Source: Malacoraja senta
Taxonomy: Eukaryota
DNA length: 64,000 nucleotides
NCBI GenBank assembly: GCA_038087875.1
Contig: CM075991.1
Span: forward strand, 3,968,001-4,032,000
Reading direction: 5' to 3'
In this document: piece after piece, positions 39,520-52,835 of the stretch
How the letters are laid out: every line of letters begins with the position of its first letter
Numbering within the stretch: position 1 is the first letter of the stretch
Notes under the pieces: model-generated
Database searches by the model: none
What the model was told of the DNA's origin: nothing
The model's input: only the letters and a program-made list of their open reading frames with translations
Program-made: the position numbers and the translations under genes

Positions 39520-40155
39520 GCTTCATAACAAGAGGATTTCAGTATATGAGTAGAGAGGTTCTTCTGCAGTTGTATAGAGCTCTGGTAAGACCACATCTGG
39601 AGTATTGCATACAGTTTTGGCCTCCTAATTTGAGGAAGGACATCCTTGTGATTGAGGCAGTGCAGCGTAGGTTCACGAGATTGATCCCTGGGATGGAGAG
39701 ACTGCCATATGAGGAAAGATTGAAAAGACTAGGCTTGTATTCACTGGAGTTTAGAAGGATGAGGGGGAATCTTATAGAAACATATAGAATTATAAAAGGA
39801 CTGGACAAGCTTGATGCAGGAAAAATATTCCCAATGTTGGGCAAGTCCCATAACCAGGGGCCACAGTCTTAGTATAAAAGGGAGGCCATTTAAGATTGAG
39901 GTGAGAAAAAACGTTTTCACCCAGAGAGTTGTGAATTTGTGGAATTCCCTGCAACAGAGGGCAGTGGAGGCCAAATCACTGGATGGATTTAAGAGAGTTA
40001 GATAGAGCTCTAGGGGCTCAGTGGAATCAAGGGATATGGGAGAAGGTAGGCACGGGTTATTGCTAGGGGACGATCAGCCATGATCACAATGAATGGCGGT
40101 GCTGGCTCGAAGGGCCGAATGGCCTCCTCCTGCACCTATTTTCTATGTTTCTATG
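39520..40155 (+). mobile_element. CR1 LINE 3' fragment
   Basis: [29 protein letters not shown]... with a frameshift and a TTTCTATG tail. Confidence 0.9.
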
Positions 40156-42049
40156 AGATAGGCTGATGGAATGCAAGATTCTACAAGGGCACTGGCACCG
40201 GCAATTATCTTAACGATCTGCTGCTTTCTTCTCCGTAATTAATTTTAAACGTGCTGCAAAAACCAAAGTCATGCTCCTCTGCATCTCAGGTCAAACATAC
40301 TCACATTGGACGCACTTCTGCAGAGAGCCAGAAGGCACCAGACGGAGCACACAGAGAAACCTAGGGGGATGGGCTGATACGAGTCTTCTCACTGTACCCA
40401 AGGCAGGCAAAAGAAATTGAGCTACCCATTCTGCTGTTCGTTAAAGGACCATGAGTTTGTGTGGCATTGATAAGGGGCTGATCTTAAAGCTAAAGTATGG
40501 TTAAAGTACTTCACTGCTAATATGGGCAGTGCTTCTTGGACCAGTGCCACAAATAGCTAATATCAGGACACGATAATTTATTGTGATGCCGCATTCAATT
40601 GGAGATCAAATTGCAATCTGAAAGCAAAACTGCAGATGCTGGAAGTTCCCATTTACACCTCCCCAACAAGCCAGGCAGCATCTGTTGAGAGACATAGATC
40701 TAACATTTCAGGTCAATGACAGTTCACTGAAACACTCGTTTTGCTCTCTTCTGAGAAGTCGCCTGGCCGATTGAGTATTTTCAATATTGTCTGCTTTTAT
40801 TAATTGTAATGGTTGCTACATATCAAAGCTATAGTTCTCTACCTTTCATATGAAAGTCATATGGCGTGGAGTTTGATGGACAAAAGTTGTTTAAATACGG
40901 TACAAGCCTATTGGCATTGCTTATGTTGGATGTTAAGGAAGCGTTTGGCAGTATGGAAAGCATCATTTTGTATTTGAATACTGTATTTAAATCTTGATTC
41001 TTTATGGGCAAAATGTCTAAATGCTCGTTGAGGTTAGTTAAAGTTTAATTGAGTCGATGCCTGTAACTCAGATGAAGATAGAAACAAGGAATTGCAGATA
41101 CTGATTTACAAGAAAAGACACAAAGTGCTGGAGTAAGTCAGCTGGTCAGGGGGCATCGCCGGACAACATGAATAGGTGACCTTTAAGATCAGGATACTTC
41201 TTAATTCAGTTTAGTTTAGAAATACAGTGTGGAAACACACACTTTGGCCCATCGAGTCCGTGCCAACTAGCGATCCCCGCACACTGACAATATCCTACAC
41301 ACAGAGAGTTGTGAGTCTGTGGAATTCTCTGCCTCGGAGGGCGGTGGAGGCCGTTTCTCTGGATACTTTCAAGAGAAAGCTAGATAGGCTCTTAAAGAAA
41401 CCTAGAAGGCTCTTAAAAAAGCAGTCATGGATATGGGGAGAAGGCAGGAACGGGGTACTGATTGGGGATGATCAGCCATGATCATATTGAATGGCGGTGC
41501 TGGCTCAAAGGGCCGAATGGCCTACTCCTGCACCTATTGGCTATTGTCTATTATCTATTGTCACACCAGGGACAATTTACAATTTTACCAAAGCCAATTA
41601 ACCTACAAACCTGTACGTCTTTGGAGTGTGGGAGAAAGCTGGAGTACCGGGAGATAACCTACGCAGGTCACAGGGAGAACGTGCATACTCCACACAGAGA
41701 GCACCCAAAGTCAGGATCGAACCTGGGTCTCTGGCGCTGTAAGGCAGCAATTCTAAGGCTTTACCTTGATGAAGGGTCACCAGATGAAGGGTTTACCTTT
41801 GATTTATCTGAAGGACTGTACAAGCTCAGTGAGAGGATATAGAAATTCCAAGATGCATGCTAATTTCATTGGAGTTTCCTGATACACAACTTTCACTTAA
41901 CTATGGCGTTGTTATGTGGCTTGTGTAATTATCCCAGCTGTTATCCATCGCAAATTATCCCTAATTAGGCCACTTCTGGGAGTGAATATTGCATTCTTGG
42001 TTCTTGGTTTCTTCGTCCTCCAAAATATTCCAAATAGAATTTAAAAAAC

Positions 42050-42240
42050 TGGAGGTGGTGGAGGGAGGACTTAAGCCAGAAAGGGTTTTTGGGAAGAAAG
42101 GGCTACCTTGAATTTAGTTGCATCTGGTTGGGTAACTATAGTAGGGTGGAGATTATTCCATGCTTTAATTGTGCGGGGGAAAAACAAATTGCTGTACACA
42201 TCTGTCTTGGTAACTGGAATCACAAATTGGATCACCATAG
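42050..42240 (-). mobile_element. Divergent non-LTR retrotransposon 3' fragment
   Basis: KTDVYSNLFFPRTIKAWNNL..., an FFPRTI..WN.L motif typical of CR1/L2-group ORF2 ends but different from the dominant CR1 family here. Confidence 0.6.
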
Positions 42241-45200
42241 AACCAAGGTCATGTAGAGAATGACTTGGGTAAAGATGGAGGAATTCCGTCATTGTGATAT
42301 ATCAACAAAGACAGGTTGTTAGGACTCTTCATAATTTCATTGTCTGGAGTTGCTAGCGTTTTAGAGCAGATTTACTTAACTTAATTTAAAATGCCAGCAT
42401 CGATGGTGAGATTTAAATTCATGAAATTAAACACAAAATGCTGGAGTAACTAAGAGGGATAGGCAGCATCTCTGCATAGAAGGAATGGGTGACATTTTGG
42501 GTCGAGACCCTTCTTTGACTCTGGCTCAGGATTCTGGATCATTAACCCAGTGATATAATCATGAGGTGGACAGCAGAATGATTGTCCGAATGTTACCACA
42601 TCTCCTGAGGCGATGCTTATAATAAGGGGTCGGAATTTGTTTCTGATGAGCATAGGAAGGTCACCCAGCTCCTGAAACCAGCTCTGCAAACTCATGCGGA
42701 GAATGCAAGGCGCAATACTGCGTCCCTTTAAAGATTAGAGGTCACACTACAAAGTCAAGTGAAGAGAGACCTGCAGTTTGGAGACTGCAGATATTCTTGC
42801 TCCAGTGCCTCAAGACAATGCAAAATTCCTTGCTTTCATATTTGGAGTGAATCATTAATTTAAACACATCCGTTGAGATATTACAGAAAGGAATTGCACA
42901 CGAGACACAGCAAATTTTGAGTTTTTTATTACTGTACGATAGTTTAGCCGTTCCTGTTAATTTTTACTTTCATTGATCACAAGGAACATTTTCCCTGCAA
43001 TCGCTCAGTGAAATCTTGAGGCAATAATTTACCTTCCTTCCAACAGAGGCACTGTAGTCTCAAGTGCCAAGAGGGTGCAATAAGACTCAAATCAATTTTT
43101 AGAGGTGGTTTGCATTGCAAGTGTGAACAGATAATTGTATATATTAGTGATTATATTATATATATGTGTGTGTTTGTGTGCGCATATATCTATACATACG
43201 TATACATATATGTGTGATGAAGGGTCTCGACCCAAAATGTCACTATTACTTTTCTCCAGAGATGCTGCCAGACCCACTGAGTTACTCCAGCATTTTGTGT
43301 CTATCTTCGGTGTAAACCAGAATCTGCAGCTCCTTCTTACACACACATGCTTATACTGAACTACTTTTCGTTCATTATATTCTTTACAAAGTACTATGGT
43401 TACATATTGTATTCTGTTGTGCTGCTGCAAGTAAGAATTTCATTGTCCTGTTTGGGACATAGGACAATAAAACACTCTCGACTCTTATACACAGAACATT
43501 AGATTGTTAAATAGGGACAGTGGTGTCTTTGGAAAATTAACAGTAAATATCACCAGAAGACAACACTTGGAAGGTAACTGTGCAATGCACAATAATGAAT
43601 ATAGGTTACAGAGGAAAATATCATTGTTACCTCCTTCATGTATACCTTGCAGCCTTTCTCAGCAATATTTTCACCGCTGTTCCAATACAAAATACATTGG
43701 CCGAGTTCAATTTGTGTTTCGAAAGCACCTTGCACATCTGACTTCACGCCACTTAAGTCTCTGGTGCAATAACAATCACATTGCTCACAACAAGCTCCCA
43801 CAAGCAACAAACATGGTAAATTTCCACGCGACATCAGTGGCCATTCAGCCTGGCAAGCAAGTCCCTGCTGGCCCACTGAGCAATCGGTATCAGGGGTAAT
43901 GGGTTGAAGACAGGAGAATGGGGTTGAGAAGGAAAGATACATCAGCCATGATTGAATGGCAGAGATGGGCTGATTCTGCTCCTGTCACTTATGAATCTCG
44001 CTACTCGACTGATTTTCCGTGTAACCTATTCCACCCTATACTCCAATCAATAATACCAGCCACACAACACAGCGGGAGACTTTCAATGGCCAATTCATCC
44101 GCCAGCCCACCTATCTTTGGGAAACCAGAGCACCTGGAAGAAACCCACACAGTCACAAGGAGAACGTGCAAACTCCACACAGACAGTGCCAGAGGTCAGG
44201 GTTGAACCTGAAATGCTGGTGCTGTGAAGCAGCAACTCCACAGGCTGCATCACTGTGCTGCCCAAATGACACCGTCTTTTTTTTTTGTGGTCTGTTTAGA
44301 ATGGGATAAATATTGGCCTGGACTCTATTGAAACTCCTCTAACGAGGTAGAATTGTGGAATTGCTACAGCATGGAGGAGACACTATCAGTATTACTGCAC
44401 CTAAATCCCACCATCCTGTGAAGTATTTTACTGCAAACAAGATGACCATGAATGACAATACACGGAAATGGCACTGTGAGCTTTTATTTTACGTTGACCT
44501 TCGATGGCAAACAGGGTTTAAGAAAGAACTGCAGATGCTGGAAAAATCGAAGGTGGACAAAAATGCTGGAGAAACTCAGCGGGTGAGGCAGCATCTATGG
44601 AGCGAAGGAATAGGTGACGTTTCGGATCAAGACCCTTCTTCAGATGGCAAACAGGGGCTTGGTTTAACTCCTCATCCAAAAGGCAGCAGTGAAGCCCTTC
44701 CTTGGAGCTACACCGAAACATCAACCTCGATTTTCTTTTAGCTCAAAGCAGAACATGAAGCTGCAACCTTCTGACCCAGAAAGCGAGAGAACTACCCACT
44801 GAGCCTTGGCTGCTCTTGTGGGAAAATGTAGCAGCCAGTTTGCCTGCAGGAAGCTCCCACAGGCACAGAGAGAGGGGGGGGGAGAGAGAGAGAGGGGGAG
44901 AGAAAGAGAAAGATAGAGAGACAGCGATAGAGAAAAAGAGAGAAAAAAAAACGAGAGAGAAAACTAGAGAGAGAGAGAGTGAGAGAGAACTGATCAGATC
45001 AGTTGAATGGCATTTCTCATGGGATAAATATGAGAAGGGACAATAGAGACTGCATATTTAATACATGGCTTAACTACCGATCTTACAGGCAGGATTCCAG
45101 TTTGACATCACAGCCCCCAAACTCAAGTTTCTGCCGAGGATGTCGACATTCCTCAGTCTGATAACATCAAATATTAAGCTGGTGGGATGTAAAGCTCGGA

Positions 45201-46902
45201 GATGCCTCCAAGCAGATTGTACGAAATATATCTTTTCCACCACCAACAGGAGGAAGACACAAATTACAGCGTTTTTGGAGAAAAAAAATCCCAGCTTCAT
45301 ACAAAGCGATGAAATATGAAGGTAGCATGACAAAAAAAATGTATTATGCAATGAAAGATCGCAGTGAGAAAAAGCATTTTATAGACTTCCAGACTTCAGG
45401 ATAAGAGTCCAATAGCTGATACCCAATGCTTCAAATCTGGGGCAATACATGGTTAAATTATTTCATGCCACTCCTAAGTGCAGTCCTGGGGTACTGGTAG
45501 CAAGTACTCAATTACAAAGAAGAAAAATCACCCTCTCCTCTGGCTAGATTGGGATTATGGAACCTACTTTGTGAAATTCTGCATCGTCTTTATACAGAGG
45601 CTCGCTGCACAGATTAAACCTCACACCAGACAGTGACTCTGCCCCTTTATAAAGAGTGGGATTCATGATGAGAGTAGTTCTCAGGTGCATCAGTGGGGGC
45701 TGTAGGTGAAAATATAAATTGAGCAGCACAGTTCACACAGTGTTGTCCCCTTGGGGGGTGGGGGGGTGGGGGATAAGAGAAGTGGGGGAAGGAGTCACTC
45801 TATTTTGTCACAGCCTCAATGGGACAAAGTTCATCCATTCAACATCCCATTCTGCATTCTATCACACACGTTGACTGGGGGGGGGTGGGCGGGGGGGGGG
45901 GGGGTGGGTGGAGAAAGAAACTATTTATTAATTTCTCCTTAAATTAGCAGCGTCTTTGATTAGTGACGCTCCTGATGGTGGTTTTCCCTTTACAATAAAC
46001 ACCTTGAGGAGTGAGTGCACACACACACACACACACACAGCACTGCAGAGAGATGGAGCCGGATCCGCAGTGAGCTGTGTTAAAAATGACTGGTGACTGT
46101 CATTAGGACTTCCAACCCCCTTGAAGACAACGCACACACACGGTCCCTTTGAGCATCAGCTTTTTTTTTAAAGGAAAGCATTCACGGAACACCCAATCGT
46201 CCCCCGCGGAGGAAGTTCGCAGCGAAAGAAAGAACCATGTTTCATGCACCCATTTAATGTAGCTGAATTTGAAAGGACGCCAGTTCCAATTCGAAATCGA
46301 GATGAACAGATTTTTAATAAACTGCAAATATTTCCTTGGCTATTAACAAAATCTCAGCCTCATCTCGATATACACAAACGAAAGATGATTTGGGTTTTCG
46401 TTTTAGTTTTGAGATAGAGTATGGAAACAGGCCCTTCGGCCCGCCGAGTCCACGTCGCCCATCGATCACCCATTCACACTACTTCTATGCTATCCCCCTT
46501 TCTCATCCACCCCCTACACTTTCAGGAGCAATTTTACAAGAGGCCCATTTTTAACTTATTACCTTATGCACGTCGTTGTAGTGTGGGAGGAAACTAGGGG
46601 GCGGCCGGAGGAAACCCACGCGGTCCCAGGGAGAACGTGCAAACTCCACACAGGCAGCACCCGGGGGCGCGATCGAACCCAGGTCTCTGGCTCTGCGAGG
46701 CAGCATCTCTACCGGCTACGCCACCTTGAGCAGGTTTTGGCCACACACACACACACACAAAATAAGAAAGACTGGCAAAAAACTGCACTGAAATGCCTTG
46801 AGTTAGTCGCTCGCTCGCTCGCAGAGGGCGAAGTGGAGTGAGTGGAGTGGGGACCGCTTTGCCCGGGCTATAACACCCCGAGATTTGGGAAGTGTCTTTT
46901 AC

Positions 46903-47047
46903 CTGAGTTCTGCGCCGACAGCCTCGTCCTTCGAGACGCCGCTGGGTCGTTCTGCTCTTCAACTTGTGGAGCGATTTCATTTGCCGCCGACCTGCTCCCG
47001 AGTTGAATGCACGCTAGGAAGGCGAATAGGATTGATCTGTGCAACAT
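46903..47047 (-). CDS. STC1: Stanniocalcin-1 coding exon 1 (signal peptide and pro-region)
   Basis: ATG at 47047-47045; 145 nt encoding MLHRSILFAFLACIQLGSRSAANEIAPQVEEQNDPAASRRTRLSAQNS(A), then donor gtaaaag. Hydrophobic N-terminus; EQND...AQNS resembles STC1; phase 1 joins exon 2 in frame. Not captured in the ORF track. Confidence 0.93.
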
Positions 47048-47216
47048 CGCTGTGATTCAAGCGAGGCTTCTCCGCCCCCCGTCTTTGACTTCCTTCCAGA
47101 GGCTCAAACGTGCATATATAAGAGAAAGAGAGAGTAGTGTCTGCGTGTGTGTGTGTATATGTGTGTGTGTATATTGTATGTGTGTGTGCGTGTGACTTTC
47201 GAGGCTGCACGGTCAC

Positions 47217-47325
47217 ATTTATACAAGTGTTATCTCGAGGGGGGGTGGGGGTGGGGGTGGGGGGGGAGGGGGTGGGGGTGGGGGGAAGATGCAGGGAGAT
47301 CGTAAGCAGTGACATACCTACCAAT
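47217..47325 (-). promoter_or_regulatory. Candidate STC1 core/proximal promoter
   Basis: On the - strand, TATAAAT at 47223-47217 lies about 170 nt upstream of the ATG, with AGATAA at 47235-47230, a tandem CACCC/GT-box tract at 47239-47285 and a reverse-orientation CCAAT at 47321-47325. The surrounding sequence is CpG-rich. Confidence 0.6.
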
Positions 47326-49172
47326 GAAAGGCAGCCCCGAGAAAGCGTCCATTCAGGAGGCGATACCCACGCTTGGCGCACGGAATCAGTGTCCAAAAAA
47401 GTTCCAAGGGGGGTGCGCACACACACACACACACACACACAAGCGGCAGCTCTCCGCTCGGTCCCAGCTGCAGCATTGCTGCCAACCCTTCCCGAAGCTC
47501 GCTTGCCATCTCGCATTTGCATTGCAACGCAGGTGTAATCCGGCGCAACTTCACACGGACGAGAAGCACAACTAACAGAGAACCGTGCAGTGTCATTGAC
47601 ATTATGAAGCAGTTTTCAATCTATTCCCCGGACACATCAAGCGTGATCGTTCGACCTATTTTACAAACGAGTCTCAACATCATTGACAAGATTCTGCAGT
47701 GAAGGTTTTTTTGGGAGGGGGGGGGGGTGGGGCGGTAGTTGTAGAGGGGACTTCGGGGAAATTGATTTTGATTTGATTTGATTTTGATTTGATTTGATTT
47801 ATTTCTTGTCATTTGAACCTCAAAGAGGCTCAAACGAAACTCTGTTTCCACAGCTCTGTTTCCAAATTGAGGCACTTTGTCTTAAAAAAAACCTCGAGGT
47901 GTTAGTATAGCAGCGATGGGCCGAACGGCCACTTTCGGTGCTAGGTTTTTAGTGCTGTGATTGCACGGTCAGGGTAATGTCACGTTACAATCGACCCGAG
48001 AACAATTGCAATCCAAAAGCAAAACACGCTGATTTTTGAAAATCTGGAATAAAAACAGATCATGCTGGAAATATAGGCAGCATCCAGCAAGGGCAAACTA
48101 AGACTAATCTGGTGGAGGAACTAGGCGGCATCTGTGGAGGGAAATAGACAGGTCCCGATTCGGAAACGTCCGCTGCCCGTTTCCCTCCACAAACCGCTAA
48201 GTTCCTCCAGCAGTTTGATTTGAACTCAGGATTCCATCATCTGCAGTCTCCCGTGTCTGCTTTCCAAAAGGACTGAACTGACTCTGAAAGAAGGTTCCAT
48301 TTTGGCCGAGGAGTTCACGGGGAAAGCTCCCAATCTAAAGATAAGGGATCAGTCATTTAAGACGAAGATTAAAAGATTGTTTGTTTCCCCAGAGTCTGGT
48401 GAATTCTCTCTTCCACCTCATTGAAACTTACCGAATAGTGAAAGGCTTGGATAGAGTGGATGTGGAGCGGATGTTTCCACTACTGGGAGAGTCTAGAAAC
48501 TAGAGGACATAGCTTCAGAATTAAAGGCCGTTTCTTTAGGAAGGAGGTGTGGATTTTTTTTAGTCAGACTGTGGTGAATCTGTGGAATTCTTTGCCGCAG
48601 AAGGCTGTGGAGGCCAAGCCAGGATATTTTTTTATGCAGATAGAGTCTTGAATAGAAGGTAGGCACAAAATGCTGGAGTAACTCAGCGGGACAGGCAGCA
48701 TCTCTGGAAAGAAGGAATGGTTGAAGTTTCGGGTCGAGACCCTTCTTCAGACTGATCTCGACCGGAAATGTCACCCATTCCTTCTCTCCAGAGACGCTGC
48801 CTGTCCCACTGAGTTACTCCAGAATTTCGTATCTTCCTTTGATTTAAACCAGCATCTGCAGTCCTTTCCTACACCAGTCTTGAATAGTATGGGTGTCAGA
48901 GGTTATGGGGAGAAGGCAGGAGAATGGGGTTAGGAGGTAGAGATATATCAGCCATGATTGAATGGTGGAGAAGACTTGATGGGCCGAATGGCCTAATTCT
49001 GCTCCTATGACATGACTTCATGATACACCTAGCAGTTGAAGCCACATCATTAAATACACAAGAGGGAATGTAATGTTGCTCTTAGACCTTGAGGGGGTCA
49101 AGGGATTGTGGAGGAAGCTGGAATAGGATAATGAATTTGGATGATCAGTTATAACCATATAGTGTGATGGAT

Positions 49173-49730
49173 TCAAGTCAAGTCAAGTCACATTTATTTA
49201 TATAGCACATTTAAAAAACAGCTCTCATTGGCCAAAGTGCTTTACATTTGTTATAAGAATAGTATAAACAAACAAACTACATACATATATACATATAGCC
49301 CTCGCTCAGAGGACGTCAAGAAAGGCTTGGGAGTATAGATACGTTTTTAGTCTTGACTTAAAGGAGTCGATGGAGGGGGCAGTTCTGATGGGAAGAGGGA
49401 TGCTGTTCCACAGTCTAGGAGCTGCAACCGCAAAGGCGCGGTCGCCCCTGAGCTTATGCCTAGACCGCGGGATATTCAGCAACCCCAAGTTGGCCGATCT
49501 GAGGGACCTGGAGGTGGAGTGGTGGGTGAGAAGACTTTTGATGTAGGTGGGGGCAAGCCCGTTGAGGGCTTTGTAGACATAGAGGAGGATCTTGAAATGT
49601 ATACGGAACCGCACAGGGTGTTGTGGTCCCTTTTTTCGGGTGCCCGTCAGGAGTCTCGCTGCGGCGTTTTGGACCAGTTGCAGGCGGGACAGGGAAGATT
49701 GGCTGATGCCAGTGTACAGGGAGTTGCAGT
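49173..49730 (-). mobile_element. L2-clade LINE 3' fragment
   Basis: RFRIHFKILLYVYKALNGLAPTYI...SLRS...RGDRAFAVAAPRLWNSIP...FKSRLKTYLY, an L2-type 3'UTR and a (CTTGA)n tail. Confidence 0.9.
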
Positions 49731-52700
49731 AACTTGGAAATACAGAACGTAGACACGTACAGCACAGGAACAGGCCCTTCGGCCCACAATGTCCATGCTG
49801 AACATGATGTCAACTTAAACTAATCTCCTCTGCCTGCACATGATCCACATCCCTCCCGTCACCCCTCCAACATTGAAATCATGTCCTTAGATTTATGTCA
49901 TAGGAGCAGAAGTAGGCCATTCGGCCCATCGTCTACCCTGCCATTCAATCATGGTTGATCTAACGTTCCTTCTCAACCCCATTCTCCTGCCTTCTCCCCA
50001 TAATCCTTGACACCCTTATAATCAAGAATCTATCAATATCTGCCCTAAAAATACCCAATGACTTGGCCTCCACAGCTGTCTGTGGCAATGAATTCCACAG
50101 ATTCACCACCCTCTGACTAAAGAAATTCCTCCTCATCTCCTTTCTAAAGGTGCATCCTTTTATTCTGAGGCAACGGCCTCTGTTTCTAGACTCTCCCACT
50201 CGTGGAAACATCTTGTCCACATCAGCTTTATGCAGGCCTTTCACTAAAAAGCTCGATTAACCTCCATTGGCGGCATAGTGGTGAGGCACTAGAGCTGTTG
50301 TCTCACAGTGTCTGAGACCTGTGTTTGATCCTAACTACGGGTGGTCTTCTCACTGTGACCACCAGGGTTTCCATCAGGTGCTCCGATTTCGTCCCACATT
50401 CTAAACACGCGCAGGTTTGTAGGTTAATTGGCTTCTGTATATTGTCCCTGGAGTGCAGGATAGAACAAGTGTATGAAGGTGATCACTGGCTGGCCGAACG
50501 GCATGTTTCCACATGTTATCTCTAAACAAAACCAAACTAAACTGAAACATGAACTTGGCTACTCTCTCCACAGTTGCTGCCTCACCTGCTGAGAACCTTT
50601 CGCACATTCCTACTGTATATTTGCAATTGTGATCTGAGGATTGCACGGGCGTTTGGGCACTGAGGGTCCCTTGATTTTAGCAACTTTATTCCAATATTTG
50701 TGCATTTTAATAAAAATCTTACGATTCTCACGGGACGACCCCCTCAGGTGTGAAGGGTTGGAAACAGGTTGGAAACAAGCTGTGTCTTGTTTTTCACTTA
50801 TTTTAGATGCGCATTTAGCTTTCAAAGTGCTATGATATCGTAGAATGCACCTCTGGGAGATCTTGTGCATCATAATTGAACTGTAAGAGATTGAACCAGT
50901 TACTTAGATACTGTAGCAAGGACAGGTATGCTGGATACCATCAGTGCATGACTTACCTTTAGACTTTAGAGATACAGCTTAGAAACAGGCCCTTTGGCCC
51001 ACCGAGTCCGCGCCGACCAGCGATCAGCTCGTACACTAGCACTATCCAACACACTAGGGACAATTTACAATTTTATCAAAGCCAATTAGCCTGCAAACCT
51101 GTACGTCTTTAGAAAGTGGGAGGAAACTGGAGCACCCAGAGAAAACACCTGCGGTCCCAGGGAGAATGCACAAACTCCATACAGACAACACCCATAGTCA
51201 GGATCGAACCTGGGTCTCCGGCGCTGTAAGGCAGCAATCCTACCATTGTGCCTTTGTGCAGCCCTGTACCTCTGTCACCTCAAAACCTTTCCGCCATCAA
51301 CAAGATGCACATCAAGGTAATGGAGTACACTCTACTTGCCTGAATATATGCAGTTTCAACAGAAGTCATCATCAAAGACCCTTCGGCCCAACTTCTCCAT
51401 GTTGACTATCGTTCTAGGCTGGTCCAATTTCCCTGCATTTGGCCCATAGCCTGCTAAACCCTTCCTGTCCATATATCCGTTTTAGGTTTCGTTTTTACTT
51501 TTAGAGATACAGCGTGGAAACAGGCCCTTCAGCCCACGGAGTTTATGTTGACCAATAATCACCCCTTACAGTTCTATGCTACACCCTGGAAGCCAATCAA
51601 CCTACAAACCTGCATTTCTTTGGAATGTGGGAGGATACCGGAGCACCCGGAGAAAACCCACGAGGTCGCAGGAAGAGCGTACAAACTCTGTATAGATGTG
51701 ATCACACCTGTGTCTCTGGCTCTGTATGGCAGCAACTCTACTACTGCGCCACCATGTCACCCCTCTGTTCAAATGTATTTTGAAAATCGTAGTTCTACCC
51801 GAATCTATAGTTTCCTCTGGCAGCTCGTTCCAGATACTCTGAGTGGGTTTTCTCTGGGATCTCCGGTTTCCACCATACTCCAAAGATGTACAGGTTTGTA
51901 GGTTAATTGGCTCGGTATCATTGTAAATTGTCCCTAGTGTGTGTAGGATAGAGTTATTGTGTGGGGATTGCTGGTCAGCGTGGACTCGGTGGGCCGAAGG
52001 GCCTGTTTCTGTGTTGTATCTCTAAAATACACGAAACTAAACTAAAGTAAGCTAAACAACTCACCCAAGCTACTCCGAGAGCACTTCCCTAACTCCTGGC
52101 CTCTATCTCCAGAAAGGACAATGGCAGCAGATACAGAGGGGTGCCATCACTTGAAGTCCACCCTCCAAAATGCACACACATCCCTGACTTGGAACTATGT
52201 AGCCATTCCCTTATCATTGCTGGGTATTAATCCTAAATCTTCCTACCCAACCCAACTGCTGGACTACCTTCACCATAGGTTTTGCAATGTTTCAAGATGG
52301 AGACACTAGAAACTGCAGATGCTGGAATCTTGAGCAAACACAAAGAGCTTGAGGAACGTGGCGGGTCAAGCAGCATCTGTGGAGGGAATGGACAGGTAAT
52401 GTTGTAGGTCGGGACATGTCGTACAATCTGAAGAAAGGTCCTGGCTCAAAACATCACCAGTCCATATTCCCTCCCCAGATGTTGCCTGACCTGCTGACCT
52501 GTTTCCCCAGCACTTTATGTTTTGCTCAGTGGTGCAAGAAGTTGTCTCAAGTTAAAGTTTGTCCCCTTCTCGTAAGCCAGCTAGGGATGGGCAACACATA
52601 CAGGCACTGGCCACGTTGAATTACACATGTCCATTGCAACCTTGCCACTCCCACAGATACAACTCCTTCAGCTGGTAGAGCTGCTGCCTCACAATGCCAG

Positions 52701-52835
52701 AGACCCAGGTTCGATCCTGAACTTGGTTGCTGTTTGTGTGGAGTTTGCACGTTCTCCCTGTGAGCGCGTGGGTTTTCTTCAGTTTCCTTCCAAAGACATG
52801 TGGGCTTGTTGGTTAATTGGCTTATGTAAATTCAT

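Noticed and set aside
45070..45351. Hydrophobic - strand ORF (MKLGFFFSKNAVICVFLLLVV...) as STC1 exon 1
   Set aside because: It has no STC similarity, whereas 47047-46903 gives a signal peptide, the AQNS motif and the correct phase.
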